From: Candidatus Eiseniibacteriota bacterium
GTDB lineage: Bacteria > Eisenbacteria > RBG-16-71-46 > CAIMUX01 > VGJL01
Direction: 5' to 3'
DNA: 64,000 nt
Assembly (NCBI GenBank): GCA_016867495.1
Contig: VGJL01000005.1
Location: forward strand, 720 to 64,719
Positions within the stretch are counted from its first letter, which is position 1. The number at the start of each line of letters is the position of its first letter. The notes beneath the pieces are model-generated. The model did no database searches. It was not told the DNA's origin and saw nothing but the letters and a program-made list of their open reading frames with translations. Both the position numbers and the translations under genes were made by a program. Shown piece after piece: positions 40,702 through 51,143 of the stretch.

Positions 40702-41268
40702 ATGCCCTGCACGGCGCAGATCCTCGTGACCCTCCGCAATGCCGATCCGACGGCGCTGACAGCGAAGAGCTGCCTGCAACGCTGGCTGGGCTACGGGGAG
40801 CGCCTGAGGGATCTGCGCCGGGGGGTGCTCTGGGAGCTGACGGCGTCCGAGGAGGCCGACGTCGAGGGGGGGCTTTCGCTCGTGCGGACGAGCGGCGAGC
40901 TGTGGAACCCGAACAAGGAGGTCGCCACGACTCGCATGCCCGGCGCTTCCGACGTGGAGCTCGTTCCGCCCGGGTGCGACAGTCCCGCCAGGTGGCGTTT
41001 CGTACTGGCGTGGGATCCCGAGCGGGACATCGACCGGCCGCTCAGGTCCCTGCGCGAGGCGAGGGATCGCGGCATGCGGCTCGCCCGCGGCACGCTCTGG
41101 GCGCTGCGATGGGACGCCCTCGACGAGGCCGAGGTCGATCGCCTGACGATCGAGGCGGCCCGCTGCCGGGGGCCAAGGGAGGGGCTCCTGGTCCATCCGC
41201 ATCTCGAGGATCACAGGATCGTCGCGGCCACGCTGGCGCCGCCCTGGCTTCCGCGGGCAACGGGGTGA
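40702..41268 (+). CDS. Tandem PurS-like protein (FGAM synthase accessory subunit)
   Basis: Between purQ and purF; two halves each with DP...RG.LW.L...L.(N/H)P..E resembling PurS; about twice PurS length. Confidence 0.6.
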   Translation: MPCTAQILVTLRNADPTALTAKSCLQRWLGYGERLRDLRRGVLWELTASEEADVEGGLSLVRTSGELWNPNKEVATTRMPGASDVELVPPGCDSPARWRFVLAWDPERDIDRPLRSLREARDRGMRLARGTLWALRWDALDEAEVDRLTIEAARCRGPREGLLVHPHLEDHRIVAATLAPPWLPRATG

Positions 41269-41274
41269 GAGGGG

Positions 41275-42672
41275 ATGGAGACTTCGGGGTTCCATGAGGA
41301 GTGCGGGCTGTTCGGGATCTACGGACAGGGTGACATCGCCGAGATGATCTACTTCGGCCTCTACGCCCTCCAGCACCGGGGCCAGGAGGGGGCGGGCATG
41401 GTCGTGCACAACGGACGCAGGACCCGCGTGCACAGAGGGCTCGGACTCGTTTCTGACATCTTCCCGGAGTCTGTGCGCGCGCATCTGGACGGCCACATGG
41501 GGATCGGCCACAATCGATACGCGACGACGGGCAAGGCGACCAAGCTTCGCAATGTCCAGCCGATCCTTGTCGACTACAAAGCTGGCAAGCTGGCGATCGC
41601 GCACAACGGCAATCTGGTGAATGTCGTCGAGCTGCGCCGCCAGATGGAGCGTGAGGGAAGCATCTTCCAGACGAGCACCGATTCGGAGGTCGTCCTGCAT
41701 CTGATCGCGCGCTCCAGGGCGGAGACGCTGCCCGAGCGAGTTCTCGACGCAGTGGATCAGGTGGAAGGAGCCCTCAGCTGCCTCATCATGAACGAGCGGA
41801 TGATCATCGGCTACCGCGATCCCCTCGGGTTCCGTCCCCTCTCGCTCGGCTACCTCGACGGCGCCTACATCCTCGCCTCCGAGAGCTGCGCATTCGACAT
41901 CCTCGGCGCCCAGGCGGTCCGGGACGTGACGCCCGGCGAGATGATCGTCCTCGACGGACACGGGGTCCAGAGCCGGATGCACAGGGCGGGAGAGAAGCAC
42001 GCCTACTGCGTCTTCGAGCAGATCTACTTCTCGAGGCCCGACTCGACCGTCTTCGGGGAAAGCGTCAATGCCGTCCGGCGCCAGCTCGGGCGCATTCTCG
42101 CGCGGCGGCATCCCGTCGAGGCCGACATCGTGATGTCGATCCCGGACTCCTCTAACAGCGCCGCCCTCGGTTTCGCCGCGGAGACGGGCCTGCCCTACGA
42201 GCTTGCCCTGATCCGCAACCACTATGTGGGTCGGACTTTCATCCGTCCCGGGCAGAGATCGCGCGTCGATGCCGTCCGGGTGAAGTTCAACCCGGTGGAG
42301 GAGATCATCCGGGGAAAGCGGCTCATCGTGGTCGACGACTCGATCGTCCGCGGGACGACGAGTCGGCAGCTCGTGCGCCTGCTCTTCCGGGCCGGGGCGC
42401 GGGAAGTCCACTTCAGGGTCGCCAGCCCTCCGATCATCAATCCCTGCCACTACGGGATCGACACGCCGCGCAAGGTCGACCTGATCGGCAGCCGGATGGA
42501 GATCGAGCAGATCCAGAGCTTCCTCGGCGCGACGACGCTCGGCTACCTATCGATCGAGGACCTGCGCGCCGCCGTCTCCGCGCCCCACTCCTACTGCTAC
42601 GCCTGCTTCGGGGGAGTCTATCCGACGCGCGTGCCCTCCGAGGCGGATCCCCTCGTGTTCGACGTGGACTGA
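41275..42672 (+). CDS. purF: Amidophosphoribosyltransferase (propeptide, 4Fe-4S type)
   Basis: EECGLFG, QHRGQE, CVFEQIYFSRPDS, VDDSIVRGTT, PCHYGID, YCYACF. Confidence 0.97.
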   Translation: METSGFHEECGLFGIYGQGDIAEMIYFGLYALQHRGQEGAGMVVHNGRRTRVHRGLGLVSDIFPESVRAHLDGHMGIGHNRYATTGKATKLRNVQPILVDYKAGKLAIAHNGNLVNVVELRRQMEREGSIFQTSTDSEVVLHLIARSRAETLPERVLDAVDQVEGALSCLIMNERMIIGYRDPLGFRPLSLGYLDGAYILASESCAFDILGAQAVRDVTPGEMIVLDGHGVQSRMHRAGEKHAYCVFEQIYFSRPDSTVFGESVNAVRRQLGRILARRHPVEADIVMSIPDSSNSAALGFAAETGLPYELALIRNHYVGRTFIRPGQRSRVDAVRVKFNPVEEIIRGKRLIVVDDSIVRGTTSRQLVRLLFRAGAREVHFRVASPPIINPCHYGIDTPRKVDLIGSRMEIEQIQSFLGATTLGYLSIEDLRAAVSAPHSYCYACFGGVYPTRVPSEADPLVFDVD

Positions 42673-42675
42673 CCC

Positions 42676-43914
42676 GTGGGATTCGAGCTCTTCGTCGCGC
42701 GGCGTCACTTGCTCCCGCATCGGGGAAGGATCTTCCTCTCCTTCATCACCCTGATAACGATCGGCGCGGTCGCGCTCGGTGTGATGGCCTTGATCGTGAT
42801 CCTCGCCGTGATGAACGGCTTCGAGAAGGAGGTCAAGGACCGGATCGTGGGCACGAATGCGCACGTGATCCTGCTGGCCTACGGCGAGGACGGCATCGCC
42901 GAATTCGATTCCCTGGCGGCCCGCCTGGAGGGCGTGGCCGATGTCGTCGCCGTGGCGCCGTTCGTCTACGCCAAGGCGATGATGATCGCGGACGGCAAGG
43001 CGGATGGGGGTGTGATCAAGGGGATCGACGCCGACCGCGAGGATCTCGTGACGCAGGTGATGACGTATGTGGAGACGTTTCCGGACGCGCCGCCGCTGAG
43101 GCCGGCGCCCGGGGCGACTCCGGGGATCATCCTTGGCGTCCACCTGGCCGACGGCCTCGGTCTCACGGTCGGCGACAAGTTGCAGCTCGTCTCTCCCAAG
43201 GGAACCGCCCCCACGCCGCTCGGTTTCATCCCCAAGGTGAGGACCTTCGTCCTCTCCGGGGTCTTCCGCTCAGGCATGTGGGAGTACGACGCGGGGATGG
43301 CCTTCATCGATCTCGAGCAGGCGCAGCAGTTCTTCGACCTCGGGAATCGAGTCACGGCCCTGGAGATCAGGGTCCGTGACATGTACAAGGCCCCGGAGGT
43401 GGCGGAGGAGGTGCTCGCGGTTGCGGGGGGATTCCCGTACAGGACGAACGACTGGATGGCCCTCAACGCGAACCTCTTCTCGTGGATGGAGACGGAAAAG
43501 GAGGTGATGTTCATCATCCTCGCCCTGATCATCCTGGTCGCGGCCTTCAACATCGCTTCCTCCCAGATCATGCTGGTGAAGGTCAAGCGAAGGGAGATCG
43601 GTGTGCTCAAGGCGATGGGAGCGACCCAGGGCGGGATCCGCCGCCTCTTCGTCATCGAGGGGGTTGCCGTCGGGGCCGTGGGCATGGCCCTCGGAACCCT
43701 CGCGGGGCTTCTCCTCTGCTGGCTCCTCGATCGCTACAAGTTCATCAAGCTTCCCGGGGATGTCTACTTCATCGACACCTTGCCCGTGCGCCTGGAGGGG
43801 ATGGACGTGCTGGCGATCGAGCTGGCAGTGCTGCTGCTCAGCGCCCTGGCGACCTTCCTCCCCGCCTGGTGGGCGTCGAGGTTCGATCCCGTCGAGGCGA
43901 TCCGGCATGAGTGA
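42676..43914 (+). CDS. Lipoprotein-releasing ABC transporter permease LolC/E
   Basis: GVMALIVILAVMNGF, VAAFNI, REIGVLKAMG, VYFIDTLP, DPVEAIRHE. Confidence 0.9.
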   Translation: MGFELFVARRHLLPHRGRIFLSFITLITIGAVALGVMALIVILAVMNGFEKEVKDRIVGTNAHVILLAYGEDGIAEFDSLAARLEGVADVVAVAPFVYAKAMMIADGKADGGVIKGIDADREDLVTQVMTYVETFPDAPPLRPAPGATPGIILGVHLADGLGLTVGDKLQLVSPKGTAPTPLGFIPKVRTFVLSGVFRSGMWEYDAGMAFIDLEQAQQFFDLGNRVTALEIRVRDMYKAPEVAEEVLAVAGGFPYRTNDWMALNANLFSWMETEKEVMFIILALIILVAAFNIASSQIMLVKVKRREIGVLKAMGATQGGIRRLFVIEGVAVGAVGMALGTLAGLLLCWLLDRYKFIKLPGDVYFIDTLPVRLEGMDVLAIELAVLLLSALATFLPAWWASRFDPVEAIRHE

Positions 43915-44641
43915 GAAGATCGTCGTCGCCTCCGGAATCACCAAGCGCTTCGTGATGGCGGGCGAGGTTCTCGAGGTGCTGCAGGGGGTCGATCTCGATG
44001 TGCTGGCCGGCGAGATCCTGGCGATCCAGGGGGCCTCCGGTGTCGGCAAGAGCACTCTTCTCCACATCCTGGGAACCCTGGACAGGCCGAGCGGCGGCGT
44101 CATTCGCTTCGCCGAGGGAAACGTCCTCGATCTCTCCGACCGGGAGCTGGCTAGCTTCCGGAACCGGCACATCGGCTTCGTCTTTCAGTTCCACCACCTT
44201 CTCCCGGAGTTCACGGCGCTCGAAAACGTCATGATGCCCGGCCTGATCGCCGCCGCTCCTCGCAGGGAAGCCCGGTTGCGGGCCGCAGAGCTCTTGGCCA
44301 CCGTCGGCCTTCAGGATCGGGCGCGCCACAAGCCTCAGGAGCTCTCCGGAGGAGAGCAGCAGCGGGTCGCGGTCGCGCGCAGTCTCTTCCAGTCCCCGAG
44401 GCTGGTCATCGCGGACGAGCCCTCCGGCAACCTCGATCCCGGGACGGCGGAGCGTCTCCATGAGCTGGTGTATACTCTGGCCAAGGAGCGGGGAGTCGCC
44501 TGGGTCATCGCGACGCACAACGAGAACCTGGCGAGGATTGCCGATAGAAGGGGTAGGTTGGTGGGGGGGCGCATGAGGACCGAGGCGGCCGGCCTGGATT
44601 CGGCCTCGGCCGCTCGTCCACCGGAGGTGTTGACAGAGTGA
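43907..44641 (+). CDS. lolD: Lipoprotein-releasing ABC transporter ATPase
   Basis: GASGVGKST, GFVFQFHHLLPEFTALENV, LSGGEQQR, ADEPSGNLD. Confidence 0.9.
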   Translation: MSEKIVVASGITKRFVMAGEVLEVLQGVDLDVLAGEILAIQGASGVGKSTLLHILGTLDRPSGGVIRFAEGNVLDLSDRELASFRNRHIGFVFQFHHLLPEFTALENVMMPGLIAAAPRREARLRAAELLATVGLQDRARHKPQELSGGEQQRVAVARSLFQSPRLVIADEPSGNLDPGTAERLHELVYTLAKERGVAWVIATHNENLARIADRRGRLVGGRMRTEAAGLDSASAARPPEVLTE

Positions 44642-45162
44642 AGTGCCAAGTCTGCGGCGAAGCTGAGGCGTCGATCCATTTCAAGGAGCTCAAGAACGAC
44701 GAGATGCGGGAGCTTCATCTCTGTCCCGCATGTGCGGAGGAGAAGGGGCTCCATGGCGTCGTGGAGCAGGACAAGCTCTCGCTCGCGAGCCAATTCGTCT
44801 GGATGGCCGAGAATCTCTACCCGGAGAGCGCGGCCAAGATCGGGGAGATCCACTGCTCGAAGTGCGGGCTCCGCTATACCGAGTTCACCCGCCACGGACG
44901 GCTCGGCTGCATGGACTGCTACGGCGCCTTCGACCTGCAGCTCCGCAGGCTTCTGCGGCGGATCCACGGCGCGACTAGACACGGCGGCAAGACCCCGGGG
45001 AGGCCGATCGCCCCGTCCGGGGCGCGCACGACCGTCCGCCGCCTCCAGGAGGAGCTGCAGCGGGCCGTCGCGCGGGAGGATTTCGAGAGGGCCGCGGAGC
45101 TGCGCGACCGCATTCGGGTCATCGAGGGAGCAGCCGCAAGTCCCGAGGGGAAGACGGAGTGA
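44638..45162 (+). CDS. mcsA: Protein-arginine kinase activator McsA
   Basis: Four CxxC pairs (CQVC, CPAC, CSKC, CMDC) and UVR motif EDFERAAELRDRI; upstream of mcsB-clpC. Confidence 0.92.
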   Translation: MKCQVCGEAEASIHFKELKNDEMRELHLCPACAEEKGLHGVVEQDKLSLASQFVWMAENLYPESAAKIGEIHCSKCGLRYTEFTRHGRLGCMDCYGAFDLQLRRLLRRIHGATRHGGKTPGRPIAPSGARTTVRRLQEELQRAVAREDFERAAELRDRIRVIEGAAASPEGKTE

Positions 45163-46241
45163 TCCCGATCGATCGGATGCTCGCCGAGGGCGGCCCGTGG
45201 CTCAACGGGAGCGGAAGCCGGGCCGACGAGATCCTCTCAACTCGCGTTCGCCTCGCGCGCAATCTGGCCGGCATGCGTTTCGTCGGCCGCGCCTCGGAAG
45301 AGGATCTGGAGGCGATCTTCCTGCGAATCGTCGGGGCCGTGCGACTGGTGGAGGCGCTGCGGCCGGGCTCGATGAGCCCGATCGACCAGCTGGGGGTTCT
45401 CGACCGGCACTTCCTCCTAGAGCGCCATCTCTTATCGCCCGATCTGACTTCCGAGGCGAAGCACCGCGGCCTGGCGATCTCGTCGGACGAGACGCTGAGC
45501 GTCATGATCAACGAGGAGGACCATCTCCGCCTTCAGTGCCTCAAGAGCGGCATGCAGCTCGATGAGGCGTTGCAGGCCGCGAACGCCCTGGACGATCAGC
45601 TGAGCGAGCACGTTCCATTCGCCTGGTCGGAGGAGTTCGGCTATCTCACCGCCTGTCCCACCAACGTGGGAACGGGGCTGCGCGCGAGCCTTCTGGTCCA
45701 CCTCCCCTCCCTTGTTCTGACGCAGAGGATCAAGAGGTCCTGACCGGCGTGGACTCAGGTGGGTCTTGCCGTCCGCGGCTTCCACGGCGAGGGGACCGAC
45801 GTTGTGGGCAACTTCTTCCAGATCAGCAATCAGGTGACCCTCGGAGTTTCCGAGGAGGCGACGATCGAGAAGCTGCGGGGCGTCGTCCTGCAGATTCTCG
45901 AGATGGAGACGAAGGCGAGGGAGGGCCTCCTTCGCGACGCGCGCACCCAGGTGCTCGACAAGATCGGACGCTCCCTGGGAACGTTGCGCTACGCGCGGGT
46001 TCTCTCCTCGCAGGAGTGCGTGGCGCTCCTGTCGGCCGTCCGATTCGGGCACTCCATCGGGGTCGAGAACCTCCCCTCGATCGGCACGCTGAACGAGCTT
46101 CTGATTTACTGCCAGCCTGCCCACCTGCAGAAGCTGGCCGGAAGGGAGATGGGTTCCGCGGAGAGGGCCGAGTTCCGGGCCAGGTGGATCCAGGAGCGGC
46201 TCGGCGTCACGGACGCGCCGCGGGCCTCGACCAAGCCCTAG
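45159..46241 (+). pseudogene. mcsB: Protein arginine kinase McsB, interrupted by in-frame TGA 45741-45743 (true lesion or assembly error)
   Basis: STRVRLARNL, INEEDHLR, YLTACPTNVGTGLRAS in the 5' part; RGFHGEG, QISNQVTLG, QPAHLQ in the same frame after the stop; 360 codons in total. Confidence 0.85.
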
Positions 46242-46266
46242 AGGCGCAGTCGACAGGAAGGAAGCG

Positions 46267-48705
46267 ATGCACGACAAGTTCACCGACAGGGTTCGGAAGG
46301 TGATCTTCCTGGCCCGCGAGGAAGCGAGCCGGCTCCAGCACGATTCGATTGGAACGGAGCACCTTCTGCTGGGTCTCCTGCGCGAGGGGGAGGGGATCGC
46401 CGCCACGGTTCTGAACAACCTCGGCCTCGACCTCGATGTCATACGCCATGCGGTTGAGAGCATGGTCTCGCAGACGGGGGGGACGCTGACGATCGGCGAG
46501 ATCCCGTTCACGTCGAACGCGAAGCGCGTTCTGGAGCTCGCCGTCGACGAAGCCAGGCAACTGAACCACAACTACATCGGCACCGAGCATCTCCTGCTCG
46601 GCCTCATCCGGGAGGGGGAGGGGGTCGCAGCGAAGGTTCTCATGGACATGGGCGTGGATCGCAAGAAGGTCCGCGACGAGACTCTGAAGCTGCTCGGGGG
46701 AGCCTCTCAGGCGAGCCAGGGGGAGGCGGAGGAGAAGGCGGAGACCCCAAGCCTCAACCAGTTCGGACGCGATCTGACCCAGCTTGCCCGTGAGGGAAAG
46801 CTCGATCCGATCTTCGGCCGCTCCGAGGAGATCGAGCGGGTGATCCAGATCCTCTGCCGGCGGAAGAAGAACAACCCGATCCTGATCGGGGAGCCAGGGG
46901 TCGGGAAGACGGCGATCGTGGAGGGGCTGGCGGCCCAGATCGTCGAGGGGAAGGTCCCGGAGCTGTTGCGCAATAAGAGACTCATAACGCTGGATCTTGC
47001 ATCTGTAGTTGCCGGAACGAAGTATCGCGGACAGTTCGAGGAACGCCTGAAGAACATCATGAACGAGATCCGCGAGTCGCAAGACACGATCATCTTCATC
47101 GACGAGCTGCACACCATCGTCGGAGCGGGCGGCGCGGAGGGGGCGATCGATGCCTCCAACATGCTCAAGCCGGCCCTCTCCCGCGGCGAGCTGCAGTGCA
47201 TCGGCGCGACCACCCTGGACGAGTACAGGAAGTACATCGAAAAGGACGGAGCGCTCGAACGAAGGTTCCAGATGATCCTTGTGGAGGCCCCGAGCGTCGA
47301 AGAGACGATCCAGATCCTGAGGGGACTGCGGGACAAGTACGAGGCGCACCACAGGGTCCGCTATCAGGACGAGGCGCTCGTGTCGGCGGTGAAGCTCTCG
47401 GACCGCTTCATCACCGATCGCCATCTTCCCGACAAGTCGATCGACGTCATCGACGAGGCGGGCTCCCGGGCTCGCCTATCGATGTCAACTGTCCCGAGCG
47501 AGCTGCACGAGCTCGACAAGAAGATCGAGAGGATCGCGAGCGAGAAGGAGGCCGCCATCCGCGCTCAGGAGTTCGAGAAGGCGGCCTCGTTCCGCGACCG
47601 GGAGAAGGAGCTGAGACAGGAGTACTACCGCCTCAAGAAGGAGTGGGCCGACACCAAGAGCGTGCGCCGCACGGAAGTGACCAGCGAGGACATCGCCTTC
47701 ATCATCTCGCGGATGACCAAGATCCCGCTGGCGAAGCTGGAGGAGAAGGAGCAGGAGAAGATGCTCAAGCTCGAGGACGAGCTGGGCAAGTACATCATCG
47801 GCCAGGAGGAGGCCGTGACGGCGATCGCCAAGGCCGTCCGCCGCAATCGGGCTGGCCTGCGCGATCCGAGGCGGCCGATCGGAACCTTCATCTTCCTCGG
47901 GCCGACCGGGGTCGGAAAGACCGAGTTGGCCAGGGTGATCGCCCGCTACCTCTTCAGCGATCCCGACGCCTTGATCCGCGTCGACATGAGCGAGTACATG
48001 GAGAAGTTCTCCGTCTCGAGGCTCGTTGGAGCCCCTCCGGGATACGTCGGCTACGAGGAAGGGGGGCAGCTGACGGAGAAAGTCAGGCGCAAGCCCTACT
48101 CGGTCGTCCTGCTGGACGAAATCGAGAAGGCGCATCCGGACGTCTTCAACATCCTGCTGCAGGTCCTCGAGGACGGCCAGCTGACCGACAGCCTGAAGCG
48201 GAAGGTCAACTTCAAGAACACGGTTCTCATCATGACCTCCAATATCGGGGCGAGGCTCATTCGCGGCCAGGGCCGGATGGGCTTCCAGCGGCAGGATGCC
48301 GACGTGACGTACAACCAGATGAAGGCCACCGTGATGGATGAGGTCAGGAAGGTCTTCAATCCCGAGTTTCTGAACCGCATTGACGAGATCATCGTCTTCC
48401 GCGGCCTCGAGAGGCCCGACCTGGAGAAGATCATCGAGATCCTCCTGAACCAGGTCCGCGACCGTCTGAGGGAGAACGACATTGCCTTGACGATGACGCC
48501 GGGGGCCGTGAACCTTCTGCTCGACAAGGGGTATGAACCAGCGCTCGGGGCGCGTCCCCTCCGGCGGGCGATCCAGAAGCTGATCGAGGATCCTCTCGCC
48601 GAGCTGGTCATGAAGGGGAAGATCCGAGCGGGGACCGAGGTCAAGATCTCCAAGAGGGGGGAGGAGCTCTTCTTCGAGGAGAAGGTTCCCGAGGTCTCGC
48701 GCTGA
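46267..48705 (+). CDS. clpC: ATP-dependent Clp protease ATP-binding subunit ClpC
   Basis: Two Clp-N repeats (GTEHLLLGL), [11 protein letters not shown] middle domain, [11 protein letters not shown] ClpP-binding loop. Confidence 0.95.
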   Translation: MHDKFTDRVRKVIFLAREEASRLQHDSIGTEHLLLGLLREGEGIAATVLNNLGLDLDVIRHAVESMVSQTGGTLTIGEIPFTSNAKRVLELAVDEARQLNHNYIGTEHLLLGLIREGEGVAAKVLMDMGVDRKKVRDETLKLLGGASQASQGEAEEKAETPSLNQFGRDLTQLAREGKLDPIFGRSEEIERVIQILCRRKKNNPILIGEPGVGKTAIVEGLAAQIVEGKVPELLRNKRLITLDLASVVAGTKYRGQFEERLKNIMNEIRESQDTIIFIDELHTIVGAGGAEGAIDASNMLKPALSRGELQCIGATTLDEYRKYIEKDGALERRFQMILVEAPSVEETIQILRGLRDKYEAHHRVRYQDEALVSAVKLSDRFITDRHLPDKSIDVIDEAGSRARLSMSTVPSELHELDKKIERIASEKEAAIRAQEFEKAASFRDREKELRQEYYRLKKEWADTKSVRRTEVTSEDIAFIISRMTKIPLAKLEEKEQEKMLKLEDELGKYIIGQEEAVTAIAKAVRRNRAGLRDPRRPIGTFIFLGPTGVGKTELARVIARYLFSDPDALIRVDMSEYMEKFSVSRLVGAPPGYVGYEEGGQLTEKVRRKPYSVVLLDEIEKAHPDVFNILLQVLEDGQLTDSLKRKVNFKNTVLIMTSNIGARLIRGQGRMGFQRQDADVTYNQMKATVMDEVRKVFNPEFLNRIDEIIVFRGLERPDLEKIIEILLNQVRDRLRENDIALTMTPGAVNLLLDKGYEPALGARPLRRAIQKLIEDPLAELVMKGKIRAGTEVKISKRGEELFFEEKVPEVSR

Positions 48706-48730
48706 GACGGAAGGCGGCCGGACCGCCAGG

Positions 48731-51064
48731 ATGGGCAGGTCGGATCGGATGATCGAGTCTCCGCGTCGCAGGGGATCCGGGGGAGCCAGGATGCTGGCTG
48801 GCCTCTTCATGGCCGGGGGGCTGCTGGCGATGGCGGTCGATGCGGCCGCCCTGGGTCCGTTCCAGCAGATCGTCGTCGAGGGGAACCGGACCGCCGACAC
48901 CAAGCTGGTCCTCAGAACGCTCAATGTCCCTCTCGGCGAGCCGGTCTCGCGCCGCCGCCTTCAGGCGGGGGCTCGGGCTCTCCACAATCTCGGGGTCTTC
49001 TCGGACATCTCCTTCGTCAGCTCCGCGCAACCGGACTCCGCCGCCTGTCTCATCGTGCGGCTGGCCGAGAATCCGAGACTCACGGCGGTCGACTTCCTGG
49101 GCAATGAGAAGATCGGCACCGAGGATCTCAAGGGGAAGATCCTGATCCGCAGCGGACAGATCTTGAGCCGGCCGAGGCTCTGGGAGAGCTGCCGCGCGGT
49201 GGAGCGCGCCTATGTCGATGAGGGATACGCCAAGGCGCTCTGCCTGCCGGCTGTCGACGCCTCGGTTCCGGGAGAGGCCGCCGTCACGCTGCAACTGGAG
49301 GAGGGGCCCAGGGTCAAGATCTCGCGCGTCGAGGTCGCCGGAAACGCGGCCTTCAGCGACAAGACGCTCCGCGGAAAACTGAGCCTCAAGAAGAACAGCC
49401 TGTTTCGGCGCAAGCGATACACGGCGGATCGGGTGCAGGAGGACCGCCAGAAGCTCGAGGACTTCTATCGGAATCACGGCTACAGGGACGCGGTGGTGAC
49501 GCTGGAGGAAACGGAGTTCCTCGAGGAAGGGCGCGCCGCCGTTCTGAGCTATGTCGTCGCGGAAGGCCGCCCCTATGTGTTCGGTCCGCGGACGTGGCGC
49601 GGCAACGAATCCGTCGCGACCACGGCCCTCGAACAGGCGGCGAAGTTCGTGCCCGGAGATCCCTTCAGCCAGGAGAAGCTCGAGCAGACCACGGGCGAGG
49701 CGTATGCCCTCTACACCGACCGGGGCTACCTCTTGGAAATCTCGATCATCCCCGAGACGAGCCTGTCCGGGGACACCGTCAGGGTGGAGTACGAGGTCAC
49801 GGAGGGGCGGCAGTCGCACGTGCGCGAGATCGCCATCCGCGGCAACCGCAGCACCAAGGAAAGGGTGATCCGGCGGGAAGTGCTTCTCTACCCCGGAGAC
49901 CTGCTGCGCCGCTCCGCCCTCTTGAGGGCCCAGCGTGACATCTTCGCCCTCGGTTTCTTCGAGGATGTCCAGATGGACTACGAGCCGACGGGCGAGGGGA
50001 CCGACGTCGATCTCACCTTCCGCGTGAAGGAGAGGAGTTCCGGTCAGGCCGGCGGGGGCATCGGCTACTCGGGAGAGACCGGGCTGACGGGAACCCTCGA
50101 GCTGCGGCATCCGAACATCTTCGGCACCGGGCAGAGCGTTTCCCTCTTCCTCGAGCGAGGCGGCAAGAGGGAGAACTACGAGATCTCGTACCAGAACCCG
50201 TGGATGCTCGGGACGCCGATCTCATTCGGGTTCGATGTATTCAACACGCGCCGTGAGCGGGACCTTTACACGGAGACGCGACGCGGCGGAGGAGTCAGCC
50301 TGGGGCGCGTCTGGCCGTATCGCTTCCCCGACTACACTCGTGTCTATGTGGGCTACAACCTGGAAGACTTCGAGTTCAGCAACTTCGACAGGAGCCTCGA
50401 GGAGACGGAGTCCAGCACCGACGGCGTGCCGATCGCAGAGAGGCTGCGCGAGAGCGCGGGCGTGATCAGCAGCACCTATCTGCTCGTGTCGCGGAACTCG
50501 ACCGACAACCCCTTCTATCCGACCTTCGGGGCGAAGACCCTGGCGCGCTTCGAGCTCGCCGGCGGAGCTCTGGGCGGGCAGCAGCACTACATAAAGCCCA
50601 CTCTGGACCATCGGATCTACTTCCGCCCCTTCTGGAAGCCGGTCCTCATGCTCAGGTGGCGCCTTGGGTGGCTCGCCCCGCTCTCGGGAAAGGACGCCGT
50701 CCCGAGCACGGAGACCTTCCGACTCGGCGGCACGAGGGTCTTCGAGAGCCTCCGGGGCTACGACGATTATGACATCGTCCCCGCGGAGAACGCGGCCGTA
50801 CGCTTCCCCGGCGGGCGGTCCATGTTCGCATTCACGTCGGAGGTGCAGTTCCCGATCGTCCACCCGCTGCACGGCCTCTTCTTCTTCGAGGCGGGGGACA
50901 CCTGGCGTCATCGCTCGGAGATAGGCCTCACTGGGCTGAGGGCCGCCTTCGGCCCCGGTCTGCGCTTCGAGATCCCGATGCTGGGCCCCATCGGGCTGGA
51001 CTACGCCTACGGAACCGCCGCCCGGGATTGGCGGTTCCACTTCATCATCGGAACCTCGCTCTGA
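48731..51064 (+). CDS. bamA: Outer membrane protein assembly factor BamA
   Basis: Five POTRA domains, TKERVIRRE, LRGY loop motif, GPIGLDYAYG...FHFIIG; start could be 48749 or 48791. Confidence 0.93.
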   Translation: MGRSDRMIESPRRRGSGGARMLAGLFMAGGLLAMAVDAAALGPFQQIVVEGNRTADTKLVLRTLNVPLGEPVSRRRLQAGARALHNLGVFSDISFVSSAQPDSAACLIVRLAENPRLTAVDFLGNEKIGTEDLKGKILIRSGQILSRPRLWESCRAVERAYVDEGYAKALCLPAVDASVPGEAAVTLQLEEGPRVKISRVEVAGNAAFSDKTLRGKLSLKKNSLFRRKRYTADRVQEDRQKLEDFYRNHGYRDAVVTLEETEFLEEGRAAVLSYVVAEGRPYVFGPRTWRGNESVATTALEQAAKFVPGDPFSQEKLEQTTGEAYALYTDRGYLLEISIIPETSLSGDTVRVEYEVTEGRQSHVREIAIRGNRSTKERVIRREVLLYPGDLLRRSALLRAQRDIFALGFFEDVQMDYEPTGEGTDVDLTFRVKERSSGQAGGGIGYSGETGLTGTLELRHPNIFGTGQSVSLFLERGGKRENYEISYQNPWMLGTPISFGFDVFNTRRERDLYTETRRGGGVSLGRVWPYRFPDYTRVYVGYNLEDFEFSNFDRSLEETESSTDGVPIAERLRESAGVISSTYLLVSRNSTDNPFYPTFGAKTLARFELAGGALGGQQHYIKPTLDHRIYFRPFWKPVLMLRWRLGWLAPLSGKDAVPSTETFRLGGTRVFESLRGYDDYDIVPAENAAVRFPGGRSMFAFTSEVQFPIVHPLHGLFFFEAGDTWRHRSEIGLTGLRAAFGPGLRFEIPMLGPIGLDYAYGTAARDWRFHFIIGTSL

Positions 51065-51143
51065 CCGCTTTTCCCTATCGTCAGACGCGCGCGGATCGGC
51101 TACCATCCGGGACCGGAGTTGGCGGCCCGGGGAGGGGGTGCTC

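Noticed and set aside
45741-45743. Selenocysteine or genetic-code reassignment of the mcsB TGA
   Set aside because: TGA is the normal stop for many genes here (ATGA/GTGA overlaps), the position is not a Cys site, and the neighbouring frame restores the conserved residues.
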